From a virus (taxonomy: Duplodnaviria > Caudoviricetes), in IMG/VR virus record IMGVR_UViG_3300027969_000040: a stretch of 64,000 nt of DNA; one strand, 5' to 3'. Within the stretch, counting starts at the first letter, position 1; each line of letters begins with the position of its first letter. The translations under genes and the position numbers were made by a program. This document shows, one piece after another, positions 1 to 9,731 of the stretch. The notes beneath the pieces are model-generated. The model made no database searches. It had not been told where the DNA came from and saw only the letters and a program-made list of their open reading frames with translations.

Positions 1-68
1 TGTGCCAGTGTGGGATTTGCCTGTGTCCAGGCCGCGGCCGTGTCGCGTCTAAATTTAATTTTTGCCAT

Positions 69-2951
69 TTATGCTCCGTTTCCGTCTATTAGTAGTTCAC
101 CAAGTGCTGGTGTATAAGCGTTGCCGCCGTCTATTTCAAAATTCTCAAATGCTGTTACTCGCGCCGCAAGTTCATCAAGTGCCGCTGATATAGTATTTAT
201 TGCTGGCTCATTCCAATGATCAGTATCATCTGGTGTGTAGCTTGTTGATCCGCCGCCAGTGTAGGCTGTGGTCTGCGTTGTGCCGTCTGGGAATACTAAA
301 CCACCATCTGTTTTAAATGCCCAAGTTTTGGTGTCAACGTTTACATTTGTCTGAATAAAAAAGCCACCCCCGGCTGGTATACCGCTGCCAGGTCCATAAG
401 TTGCGTCCACTACTCCTGCCCACGATTTGGTATCGTAACTGGCTAACCCGGCATATAGATTTTGATTGCCACTTAGATTTACAGCACCGTCCCCGTATGG
501 ATTGCCAAGTTTTCCACCGTTGGGGAATGTTAGCACACCATCTGTGCCAAAGGTCCAATTTTTGGTATCAGCTGATAGTTTGATAGTTGCGGTAGATTTA
601 ACAGTTGATGGATATTCTGGACCTGGGCCTGTAGCGAAGTTAGCAGTCCACCCTGCTGGCCCGTTTGAAATATCGTCCAGTATAAAGGTAAATGTATATC
701 CTGGAATACCGTGATCAGCTTGGGTAAAGTTCCAAGAATCGCCTGATTGATAACCTGGATTGTGATCCCATACTGTGTCGCCACCACTGATCATTGTTTC
801 ATAACCATCACCGTTTGTGTTAGGTTGGAATATCACTGTATAATACCAAGCATCACCACCGCCACCTGCGTGATAAACAGGCACTAGGGTTGCTGTAAAT
901 GTTATAGGTGCTGGTGCGGGCAATGACAAACTACCAGTAGTTCCAAAGTTCCAAGACTGACCATATGCAGAAGATAGTGAAACTGACTTGGTGTTGGCGT
1001 TATAACTGTCACGGATGGCAATGAGTGAGGCTCTCATGTCATTATAGAATTGAACTGACATTGGTGGCTGAATAATCAATGTTGCACCACCAGTATTTTG
1101 TATAGTCCAAGCATTTAGCAAGAAGTCAATATAGCCTTGAGCAGTGGCACCAGTTGGATACCAGTCGACCATTGGCCAACCGCCAGGCGGTACAAGATTG
1201 TTATTAATTGTGGCTGTTATATAGCCACCACGAATAAATTCCCATCCAGCCAATGCTGAGTCATAGGCCGCAGTGCTTGGGCGTAGTTCGCCGCTGTTTG
1301 GCAATGACAGTGTGCCGCCTGTGCCAAAGGTCCATCCACTAAATGCTACAAGAGGTTCGCTACCGTCACCTAGATCATTAGTAACTCTTTGTCCAATCTT
1401 AAAGCTGTTGTTGTCTAATTCAGTTAGGTATTCACTGGTCAGTGCTGACTCACCCTCACCTAAACTATTGATAACTTGAAAGGAGCTGAGAATTCCGTTG
1501 GTACTAACTTCAAATAGAGCTTGACTTGTTAGTGACGGACCACCTTCAGAAAGACTATTAGTAACTCCGTTTGTAATAACAGTTTTAGCCAGAGCCACTT
1601 CAAGTTGACTTCCGCTGCTGGCTCCAAACTCAGTGGTGACATAATTGCTAATTTTATTACCGGCAATCTTAAGAGCACCGTTGGGGAATGATAGTGCGCC
1701 ATCTGTGCCAAAGTGCCATTGATGAGTGATAGGATTTAGTGGATCGTTAGCATCTACTGCTTCTAATGAAATACCTTCTTCACTGTTGATGTGGAAACCC
1801 ATTCCTGCTTGTATACGTGAGTTACCATTGCCAAACAGTATTGGCTCACCACTTGGTAGTGTTAAACTACCGTCAGCGCCAAAGTTCCAACTGTTTCCAC
1901 CTTTAGAAATAGTAATGCCAGCACCGTCACCTACTGGAACATATTGCGGGAAGTTTGTATAGGTATTCGGAGTAGCGCCAGTGTAGATGAATATTAATGG
2001 ATTTGATTCATAGGTAGCAAATCTGTTGCCCATACCTGTGGCTAGAACATTCCATACACCATACGGATTTCCTCCAAATTCTGCCTGGACTTGTTGAATA
2101 GAAGTAATTGAATAACTGTCACCTTGGTTGAACCAAACTTTTACTCCAATGCCTTGTGATAAGTAGCTTGCTATTTTTGTTCCATCAGCATCTGACAGTA
2201 ATAGTGTTATTCTATTTGTTCCAAACCAATAATCAGGTTGTCCACCTGGAGCGACGGGAGTTTGAAAAGTTCTACTGATGAGTATGCCAAGAGTTCCAAT
2301 AGCACCAACGTAATCATTTATAGTGCCGCTGTCTGGCAATGTTAGATTACCATCTGTGCCAAACGTCCAACCGTGAGCAGTAGGAGTAGGACCACTGTAG
2401 GTATATATTTGAATATCTTTGTCAACAGCACCGTCTATGATAAATGCATCTGTTTCGTCAGCGGTGGCAATTGTGGTGCCTTGTGGGAATGTTAACGCAC
2501 CACTGTTGTTAAACTCCCAAGTGTTGTTATTCACATTTACACTGATGCCATCGTGGAAGATGTCAACAAAGTTAGTGTTAGTGTTAAGCCCATATCCACT
2601 GGGGACTGGTGTTGCTTGTAGACTTAATCCATAAGCACCTGAAATAGTGTGATAGTTGCCCGCGGCCTTTTGTACTGTTAACACTGTGGATAACGGATGT
2701 AAGGCTGGCTCGGCAGGATGTGTTAATGTTAACGTTCCATCAGATAACATTCTAAACGAAGAAGCACCGTTGACCAGTCTATCACCAGATCCACCGGCTG
2801 TTACTAATGCTGTGCCGCCCGGATTAACCCCGTCACTTAGATAAAGGGTGCCAACTGTCGGGTCGTAAAAGATTGTTCCGGGGTCACCAACAAATGTTTG
2901 AACAGAAGCGTTTGGTACTAAACCGGCTCTTATTTTTTTTACATATGCCAC
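69..2951 (-). CDS. Modular fibre/adhesin-like virion protein with 8 W-x-F-x-x-x-G-x-L-x-[LF]-P repeats
   Basis: 960 aa, Gly/Thr/Ser/Asn-rich; recurring WTFGTDGxLTLP-like boxes; C-terminal IDGG motifs. Confidence 0.6.
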   Translation of the reverse strand: MAYVKKIRAGLVPNASVQTFVGDPGTIFYDPTVGTLYLSDGVNPGGTALVTAGGSGDRLVNGASSFRMLSDGTLTLTHPAEPALHPLSTVLTVQKAAGNYHTISGAYGLSLQATPVPSGYGLNTNTNFVDIFHDGISVNVNNNTWEFNNSGALTFPQGTTIATADETDAFIIDGAVDKDIQIYTYSGPTPTAHGWTFGTDGNLTLPDSGTINDYVGAIGTLGILISRTFQTPVAPGGQPDYWFGTNRITLLLSDADGTKIASYLSQGIGVKVWFNQGDSYSITSIQQVQAEFGGNPYGVWNVLATGMGNRFATYESNPLIFIYTGATPNTYTNFPQYVPVGDGAGITISKGGNSWNFGADGSLTLPSGEPILFGNGNSRIQAGMGFHINSEEGISLEAVDANDPLNPITHQWHFGTDGALSFPNGALKIAGNKISNYVTTEFGASSGSQLEVALAKTVITNGVTNSLSEGGPSLTSQALFEVSTNGILSSFQVINSLGEGESALTSEYLTELDNNSFKIGQRVTNDLGDGSEPLVAFSGWTFGTGGTLSLPNSGELRPSTAAYDSALAGWEFIRGGYITATINNNLVPPGGWPMVDWYPTGATAQGYIDFLLNAWTIQNTGGATLIIQPPMSVQFYNDMRASLIAIRDSYNANTKSVSLSSAYGQSWNFGTTGSLSLPAPAPITFTATLVPVYHAGGGGDAWYYTVIFQPNTNGDGYETMISGGDTVWDHNPGYQSGDSWNFTQADHGIPGYTFTFILDDISNGPAGWTANFATGPGPEYPSTVKSTATIKLSADTKNWTFGTDGVLTFPNGGKLGNPYGDGAVNLSGNQNLYAGLASYDTKSWAGVVDATYGPGSGIPAGGGFFIQTNVNVDTKTWAFKTDGGLVFPDGTTQTTAYTGGGSTSYTPDDTDHWNEPAINTISAALDELAARVTAFENFEIDGGNAYTPALGELLIDGNGA

Positions 2952-2966
2952 AATTGGTATCCTTTT

Positions 2967-3278
2967 TTAAAACGAATCGTTTTCGTCACCGGCAAGTTGA
3001 TTTGGTTTTTGAGGCAACCCTGCGTTCTTTTTAAGCTGTTCTAGTTCATCGCTTTTTTCATCGGTATTATCGTAGATATTGTCTATTCCGCTATGCTTCT
3101 TAATTAGTTCCATTTTCTGCTGTAACGGCGATACCATAGAGTTAAACTCAGGATTGTCTTCGCCCTGTGCAACACTATTTGTATCTGCACTATCAGTCGA
3201 TGCAATTGACAAAGGCGTTTTGGAATTGTCTAATTCCATTTTATCAGCTAATTGTCTGAGTAAGTCGGAAATTTTCAT
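2967..3278 (-). CDS. Hypothetical late protein, possible internal head protein
   Basis: 103 aa; TATAAATA upstream at 3302-3309; LEQLKKNAGL motif. Confidence 0.6.
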   Translation of the reverse strand: MKISDLLRQLADKMELDNSKTPLSIASTDSADTNSVAQGEDNPEFNSMVSPLQQKMELIKKHSGIDNIYDNTDEKSDELEQLKKNAGLPQKPNQLAGDENDSF

Positions 3279-3304
3279 GTTTAATCCTATTAAAGTTTAT
3301 ATAT

Positions 3305-3760
3305 TTATAGTTGGGAATAGTAACCCGGTACTACTACCAGATCCAGTGGAACTTGGTAATTGCCATCTGTGTACAACGGTTTTTCGTCGCCGCTTTCAAC
3401 ATTCTGTATTCTAAATGCTAGCTTGTATATACGTTGATCCAATTGATCAACAGTTTCTTTAGTGATAGTAAATGACCCTATACCAGCAGAAACATTACCA
3501 CCAAGATTGCCATTAAAATCCAATATATATGTTTCAATTTTTTGGCTATTTAAGTGATCATTGACATCAACATACACATTATGTCCCGTTGCATTTATTT
3601 TTTTTTGGTCCTGGTTTTTTATTTTTACTTGTATGGGATTGTCTATACCTTGATAGATCTTAACAGGGCGGTCATACATATGCAAATTCCTTGTAGTATT
3701 AATAGAAGAATCCAGAAATTGAACCTCTATAGAGTTTGGGTATAAATAGATTGTTATCAT
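3305..3760 (-). CDS. Hypothetical structural protein (beta-rich)
   Basis: Start moved to MITIYLYP because GATAAATA at 3769-3776 lies just upstream. Confidence 0.55.
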   Translation of the reverse strand: MITIYLYPNSIEVQFLDSSINTTRNLHMYDRPVKIYQGIDNPIQVKIKNQDQKKINATGHNVYVDVNDHLNSQKIETYILDFNGNLGGNVSAGIGSFTITKETVDQLDQRIYKLAFRIQNVESGDEKPLYTDGNYQVPLDLVVVPGYYSQL

Positions 3761-3779
3761 TATTTTAATATTTATCTGA

Positions 3780-4172
3780 GTGGAAGAAATAAAAACATTA
3801 CTTGACAAGTACCCATTTATTACCTTTCTCGTCTATGGCGGGAATGAGTATATTGGTATAATACAAAATTGCGATGAGCAAATTACTACAATTTACGATT
3901 TTGGTAGTCTCCGCGCTGCTGAACAGAAGAAACGCTTTTTAGAACTTGGAGAACAATGGTGGTGGGAGAGTAATAGAATTATCCCTATCAACGTTTTTCT
4001 TAAATCTGAATGGTCAGAGTTTAAGTTTTGCGTTAAAACTATGAATAGTAAGGATGTAGATATCAAGGTTGGCCCACAAATCAACCTTAAAGAAATGGCT
4101 TCAAAACGAAGCAAACGCCGCTCAATTACTTTGATACGTAAAATTAGCGGAACAAACGGATCTAATCAGTAA
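3780..4172 (+). CDS. Hypothetical protein
   Basis: 130-aa ORF with GTG start; TATAAATA at 3741-3748; converges on the next gene. Confidence 0.65.
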   Translation: MEEIKTLLDKYPFITFLVYGGNEYIGIIQNCDEQITTIYDFGSLRAAEQKKRFLELGEQWWWESNRIIPINVFLKSEWSEFKFCVKTMNSKDVDIKVGPQINLKEMASKRSKRRSITLIRKISGTNGSNQ

Positions 4173-4725
4173 TTAGATTCATGTTTACAACCACCAGATG
4201 GCTGTAACCCACTGAGTGGCTCTTTTTAAAATAATAGCTATTGTCCTGGGGCTTTTCCCAAACTGTTTTAGCAACATCTGCCCAAGGTAATCCTATTAGA
4301 TGTCTTTTAGCAGGACGTATAATAGCCAAAAACATAGCTAATCTTGCAATACTATTCACAGCCTCTGGCATACGTATCAACGTATCATAGTGGTTACCTA
4401 TGTGAATTAACTGAGCACAGAATTCTGGCTCATACAATCTATGCCAAGTTGGATCTTTTTGCATTAACTCTATTAGATGTTCTTCGTTGCGTATTTGATT
4501 ATATAACCCAACATTAAGAAAATCTAACTTGATGTATCCTCTTTCTTCAGCTTGATGGTAATCAATAGCTGCACGATTAGTAATAGGATCACAAGGAATT
4601 TCAGTTACATAGACTCCTGTGTTATGTGCTTTAGTATGAGAAATACTAGCACCCACGTGAGGGATTATATCTAAGATCTTTTGCCTATCTGCAAAATCAA
4701 TATCAACGTCTGTATTAAATTTCAT
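4162..4725 (-). CDS. Miniature DNA polymerase III alpha (DnaE)-like catalytic core
   Basis: DVDIDF, HNTGVY, KLDFL and FKKSHSVGY match DnaE motifs PDIDxDF, HAxGvv, KxDxL and FNKSHxxxY in order; only 187 aa. Confidence 0.75.
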   Translation of the reverse strand: MKFNTDVDIDFADRQKILDIIPHVGASISHTKAHNTGVYVTEIPCDPITNRAAIDYHQAEERGYIKLDFLNVGLYNQIRNEEHLIELMQKDPTWHRLYEPEFCAQLIHIGNHYDTLIRMPEAVNSIARLAMFLAIIRPAKRHLIGLPWADVAKTVWEKPQDNSYYFKKSHSVGYSHLVVVNMNLITD

Positions 4726-5459
4726 AATCCTGCTGCTAATAAAATAGACTTAGCCCACTCAACATCCTTGGTAGTATCTTTAAATTTACCATTCCAGAAC
4801 GGCGGATCAATCCAACTGATAATTATTTTAACTTGCTCGTCATCCAGATTGCCAAGAAAGTCGACACCTGTGTCGCAGTTGTACAGCACCCATGGACTAA
4901 TACGCCCTGCCGATATGTGATGACATATGCGATTGACATTGCCATATCTAAAATAATCAGTATAACCATTCTTCAGCTGAGGATTACTTTCTGCATATTC
5001 TTGCATTTCTTTTAATCCGCGCTCTAATGCATCTTGCACTGATTCGTTGCGCAATTGAGTATACAACCATTCGTCGTATAACTTATCCGAAGTCCAATAG
5101 TCTAATTTTTTATTATTTTTTAATAGCCATTGTGTGAACGAATTTACATTGATGCATCTGATATCCACACAATATCTGCCAAACTTTACAAAAGCGGTAT
5201 AGTAAGGACTATCACAAAAATCTTGATATGTTTTGTGACCATTGGATGTTTGTGTACTATTGTAAAACAGTTGATAAGATCTAAATCCCCATTGTACACC
5301 AGTTTCAGACTGTTGTTGATGTCTGCGTTTCTTTTCACAGGCATGGCTAACTAAGGTAGACTCTTTAGTAAATCCCTTGTTACAAAATTTGCATACATGC
5401 TTAGGATCTGCTGCGGGCACTTTAGTTGTTTTCCAAACATCAATTATATCCGAGATCAT
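4722..5459 (-). CDS. Zinc-finger protein (C2H2/C2HC-like N-terminus)
   Basis: CKFCNKGFTKESTLVSHAC; ATGA overlaps with both neighbours. Confidence 0.7.
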   Translation of the reverse strand: MISDIIDVWKTTKVPAADPKHVCKFCNKGFTKESTLVSHACEKKRRHQQQSETGVQWGFRSYQLFYNSTQTSNGHKTYQDFCDSPYYTAFVKFGRYCVDIRCINVNSFTQWLLKNNKKLDYWTSDKLYDEWLYTQLRNESVQDALERGLKEMQEYAESNPQLKNGYTDYFRYGNVNRICHHISAGRISPWVLYNCDTGVDFLGNLDDEQVKIIISWIDPPFWNGKFKDTTKDVEWAKSILLAAGL

Positions 5460-5911
5460 AGCTCTGCTTTAATTCGCTTTTCGTCCCAACCCATATCACG
5501 GGCCATTTCTCTAAATTGCTCCATGGTATTCAATTCGACCATTATTTCAATTTCATTGGGCTTCAAGCCATGGAAATGTTCTTCAACAAACTTATATGCA
5601 CGTTGATCGCCCTTCTTCTTGGTACTAACCCAATAGTGACGTTTAGGGCCCAGTCCGGGGCTAACTGTAGTACACAGTAGCCATTGTAACTTAGGATGTT
5701 TACCCAAGTCAAAAAAGTTTTGATTGACTCTTTCATTTTGAACACGCAAATACCATTCTTGTAATTCTGGTGATCCGTCAACACTACCTCCCCATTTAAG
5801 CATGAGATAGGTACTAAACTTTTTAACTTCTTCCTCAGTGAGGCTATCGTAGAATCCACGATCTTTAGAATCAAAAGCCCGCATTTCATTTGCAATGTCT
5901 AGTTTACTCAT
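5456..5911 (-). CDS. Putative clamp-loader small subunit (T4 gp62-like)
   Basis: Size and pattern FSTYLMLKW...NERVN..FFDL..HPKLQW resemble the gp62/clamp-loader A family as recalled. Confidence 0.5.
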   Translation of the reverse strand: MSKLDIANEMRAFDSKDRGFYDSLTEEEVKKFSTYLMLKWGGSVDGSPELQEWYLRVQNERVNQNFFDLGKHPKLQWLLCTTVSPGLGPKRHYWVSTKKKGDQRAYKFVEEHFHGLKPNEIEIMVELNTMEQFREMARDMGWDEKRIKAEL

Positions 5912-5913
5912 AT

Positions 5914-6168
5914 TTACTTTTTGCTCAGGTAATACAATAGTATAACACGATCCAATGCATCTTGCAAGGCAGGATCCGTTTTGGCTCGACGATGAATGTC
6001 ACTCCACATCTTACTTTCCATAATATGATCGTGCAGCGACCTGCCATCCTCGGTACGAGGATCATGCTCGCGCTCTAATGTGCGTTCACTAGATCCTATT
6101 GTCCTTGAGTAGATGGTATGTCCGCCGTTGGGACTTTCAAATATCTTTATCTTACCAGGCTTTTCCAT
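5914..6168 (-). CDS. Hypothetical protein
   Basis: 84-aa ORF tiling the operon. Confidence 0.6.
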   Translation of the reverse strand: MEKPGKIKIFESPNGGHTIYSRTIGSSERTLEREHDPRTEDGRSLHDHIMESKMWSDIHRRAKTDPALQDALDRVILLYYLSKK

Positions 6169-6661
6169 AATCGACTACTTCGCTAACTCTGCTGATATCT
6201 TTAACAAAAAATACACACAAAGGTTTGTCAACTTCTGATTCGACGGGCACCGCAAGCATTTGCCCTGGTTTAAGTTTTGGAAAATACCATTTAACATCTT
6301 TGTAAATGTCAACGATCTCCACTGGATGGAATTCGGGTTTAAAGCTACTGAGAGGATTAAAACAGAATGCGCTAAAGCCTCTATCGTTGATACTAGTTAG
6401 TGGTATTACTTCAAGATCACCTAAATCATTTTCTCCAATTAACAGTTGCCAGTCCACTGGCATTTTAACTGTCCAAGGACCAATTTTAAGTACTAGTGCA
6501 GGACTGTTAAAGCTCTCCAAAAATATCAAGGGTATGTAAAAGTAATCAGGATTCTTAGGATCACTGTTGTCTAGCACACAAAAACGAAGGTCATCCACTT
6601 CCTCTGGGATTTCATTCATATCGTATGCTCTGTTGTTATCTAAATTTAATATTCGTGACAT
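6152..6661 (-). CDS. Hypothetical protein, possibly Hint-like beta fold
   Basis: 169 aa, beta-rich, in operon with UvsW. Confidence 0.6.
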   Translation of the reverse strand: MSRILNLDNNRAYDMNEIPEEVDDLRFCVLDNSDPKNPDYFYIPLIFLESFNSPALVLKIGPWTVKMPVDWQLLIGENDLGDLEVIPLTSINDRGFSAFCFNPLSSFKPEFHPVEIVDIYKDVKWYFPKLKPGQMLAVPVESEVDKPLCVFFVKDISRVSEVVDYGKAW

Positions 6662-6679
6662 GTAGTTCCATTGTTATAA

Positions 6680-8146
6680 TTATTTGCTTAAGAAGTCAAC
6701 TTTTTCAATTGCAAAAGGATAGTTGGCTTCTTTATAGAAAGTCTTTCTTTGCGTTAAATGCCGTTTGGCAAATTTGCAGGTGCTGGTTATATCCCAGATC
6801 TGTACGAAGTCCTTGTCTTCAGCTTTTCTAATGCCTCGCCCAATGCTCTGTATAACTCTGACAAAGCTCTTTCCGGGCTCCAAAAGAACCAGATTAAAAA
6901 TCCTAGGGATATTAATACCCACAGCGGCCACACCATAAGTCGCCACAATAATCTTGTTAGTACTTGTTTTAATCTCATCATATTCGTCTTGCCTAGTAGT
7001 TGCTTTAGTTGCACCCGATACAAATACTGCACTGTCACCTAGTAACTCTACTAGACGCTTGCCTGGCGCGACTCGGTCAACCAATATCAATGTGTTGCCG
7101 GACTGCTGTATTTTTTGTACTAACTCACTAATATATTTGAGTCTGGGTTCCGACTCTAATAGATATTTTAATTCACTTTGATAACTCGAATACTCACTGT
7201 GATCCATTAGCTGAAGTATGTTAACGTGACATTGTGCTAACACTCCTTGAAGTTGCAATTCGCTTGCACTTAACTTACCAATAACCTCACCAAGGCTACA
7301 TCGTAAACTTATAGCTTCACTTTTATCTTTTGGTATAGTACCAGTTAATCCCCACCGAATTGGGATCTGTGCCATAACACCAGTTAACAGTGATTTTAAT
7401 GCGTCAGCCTTGGCCATATGCACTTCGTCCACAATCACACAGACAACATCTTCCAGGAATTCATTAATAGTTATGCCAGCATCACCACTCTTGGTATTTT
7501 TTAGTAAAACATTTAAACTTTGCCAGGTGCATATAGTATGTCTGCGCCCAAACTCTTTACGATCACCAAAGAACACACCAACATCCAACTCCATATTCTT
7601 GTAGTCAGCTTCGGTTTGTGTAACAAGACTTTTGTTTGGTACAATTACAATACTGCGTCCATAATCACTTACTGCCGAACTTAATGCTGCTGTGATAATT
7701 GTCTTACCGGCACCGGTGGCAATTTCTTGTATACATTGTGTATTGTTTAGAAATTTATTAATAATTTCAATTTGATAATCACGCAATATCACAGGTTGTC
7801 CTGCCGTTGGATGACCTTTGGGCCAAGCAATATGCTGATAGCTAGATTCAGTTACTGTGTCAAAACTAAATTTATTAACGTATGTTCTAGTATCATTTAA
7901 CTCAACATGATATCCTTGCTGATCTAGCCAAGGTAGTATTTCTGGAAGAAGATTAATATAAGTGCTGCCACTTAGTTGAAAGAAACTAACCTTGCCATCC
8001 CATCTACCGAGACGAACTGCCGGCAAATATCTTGCGCCGGGTATTTCAAATTTGTATTTGTTAACTAATTGTCTGCGTGTTTCTACGTCGAGTCCCTTGA
8101 TACGAACATTTACTTCATCATTTATTTCTAATATACATTCAGACAT
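6680..8146 (-). CDS. uvsW: UvsW-like SF2 DNA helicase
   Basis: LRDYQ, ATGAGKT, VIVDEVH, GLTGT, QSIGRGIR helicase motifs. Confidence 0.9.
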   Translation of the reverse strand: MSECILEINDEVNVRIKGLDVETRRQLVNKYKFEIPGARYLPAVRLGRWDGKVSFFQLSGSTYINLLPEILPWLDQQGYHVELNDTRTYVNKFSFDTVTESSYQHIAWPKGHPTAGQPVILRDYQIEIINKFLNNTQCIQEIATGAGKTIITAALSSAVSDYGRSIVIVPNKSLVTQTEADYKNMELDVGVFFGDRKEFGRRHTICTWQSLNVLLKNTKSGDAGITINEFLEDVVCVIVDEVHMAKADALKSLLTGVMAQIPIRWGLTGTIPKDKSEAISLRCSLGEVIGKLSASELQLQGVLAQCHVNILQLMDHSEYSSYQSELKYLLESEPRLKYISELVQKIQQSGNTLILVDRVAPGKRLVELLGDSAVFVSGATKATTRQDEYDEIKTSTNKIIVATYGVAAVGINIPRIFNLVLLEPGKSFVRVIQSIGRGIRKAEDKDFVQIWDITSTCKFAKRHLTQRKTFYKEANYPFAIEKVDFLSK

Positions 8147-8157
8147 AGTTTAATAAT

Positions 8158-9291
8158 TTAATTTGTATTGTATACGAATTCAGAACAATATACAACCTTT
8201 TCCGAACATTGAATCAATTGAACTTTCTTAGGTCCTACCATTAATGCATTCATTGAAACCAATAACGGAATAGAGTCTGCCCATTTTGGATTCCATTGAG
8301 GCAGATACACACATAATTCATTGTTTACAGTCAGAGTCTTATATTTTTTAACTGGATCAATCATTAACAATTCATCTTTATTAAAGACTTTTTCAAGTTG
8401 CGTCAATGCTCGTTGCCCAGATTCTGGGTTTTCGTAAACGTAAATAGGCCAACGATTAGTTATGTTAGCATATTCTAATATATCAGTTAAGCTGTCATTT
8501 AACGATAGTGGTGCATGTATTGTTTGATGTGTTAATAACTGCTGAACTCGTGTACTGTATTTCTCTAATAGATTGTCAAGAATACTTTGATTTACTGTAA
8601 ATCCCAATCTGTTACTATTATCAATTAGTCGCAATAAATTATCTGTACCAAATCCGCCCAAGTTGGCTTCTATGTACTCTACCAGACTGGTTGCAGCATT
8701 AGTGATAGTTAATCCTGTATCCGTTTGCCTAAGTTCAATTGCATAGGGTTTGTCGTGCTCAGCTATTATTTGTTCGGTCAATTCAGACAACGAAGTATCG
8801 AGATCAAATCCATGTTTACTTACTAAACCTTGCAGCCATAATACGCGAGGCTCAGTTACGCTAGCTGCCCAGGCCCTGGCTGCTCTATCAAATTTAAATT
8901 CCCCGGCAATATTCTTAGAGGATTCTTTAATTTCTTCAATTAGTTTTTCGTTGTAAGGAAATCTGATATAGATTTTGCCTTCTTGAAATCTAATTGTTTT
9001 ACTCCGATCCACGGTCCTAGTAGGCATCTTGAATACAGCATTATCCTCGTGGATCCCTAATTCAATGCCTACTGTTGCCAACTGCCTTTTATATTTGATT
9101 ACTATTTTATGTGCTAAGACAGCCTGACGGTCAGTGAATGAAACACCTCGACCAATTTGCTCAGATAAACTTTGTATTATTTGAATATCGTATCTAGCTA
9201 GATTTATGCTTATTGCTTTGTTTGCTACAAGTTGACTTCCTGATATAGCTTCGATGTAATCTTCAATGTAAGGAAGCGATATTTTTTGCAT
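8158..9291 (-). CDS. Hypothetical protein
   Basis: 377-aa ORF directly upstream of uvsW. Confidence 0.7.
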   Translation of the reverse strand: MQKISLPYIEDYIEAISGSQLVANKAISINLARYDIQIIQSLSEQIGRGVSFTDRQAVLAHKIVIKYKRQLATVGIELGIHEDNAVFKMPTRTVDRSKTIRFQEGKIYIRFPYNEKLIEEIKESSKNIAGEFKFDRAARAWAASVTEPRVLWLQGLVSKHGFDLDTSLSELTEQIIAEHDKPYAIELRQTDTGLTITNAATSLVEYIEANLGGFGTDNLLRLIDNSNRLGFTVNQSILDNLLEKYSTRVQQLLTHQTIHAPLSLNDSLTDILEYANITNRWPIYVYENPESGQRALTQLEKVFNKDELLMIDPVKKYKTLTVNNELCVYLPQWNPKWADSIPLLVSMNALMVGPKKVQLIQCSEKVVYCSEFVYNTN

Positions 9292-9310
9292 AATTGCACA
9301 CTTGAATTAT

Positions 9311-9730
9311 TTATTGGTAGTCGGTACGATTCTTGGCTCCTACTAATCCTGCTAGTAATTGAAAGTCCTCCCATGCCTGTTTTAAGGAAGGGTTTCTTTC
9401 TAGTTCAGAGTCTGGCAGAAATGTTTCTAGCCAAAACTCTGAGCGTCGTCTGGGATAAGCACCAAATTTTCGAGGCTGGTGCAGTTTTCCATCATTGTAC
9501 AACATTATACTAACTGCACGGAATTTGTTCTCGTCGTCATCTCCAAACTCAATCCATTCTGGATTGCTGCCTGCTGAAAATCCCCGATAGCCATGCCAAA
9601 TGCCTTTCCATTGATCATCGTCATTGGGGTTAAAATCAGTACGGGAGATGATAATTAAAACATCCTCGATGTCTACCAGACCCTCAACGATATCTTTAAC
9701 ACATCTACTGAAAGACAATCCAACTTTCAT
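9311..9730 (-). CDS. Hypothetical protein
   Basis: 139-aa ORF tiling the operon. Confidence 0.7.
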   Translation of the reverse strand: MKVGLSFSRCVKDIVEGLVDIEDVLIIISRTDFNPNDDDQWKGIWHGYRGFSAGSNPEWIEFGDDDENKFRAVSIMLYNDGKLHQPRKFGAYPRRRSEFWLETFLPDSELERNPSLKQAWEDFQLLAGLVGAKNRTDYQ

Positions 9731-9731
9731 T

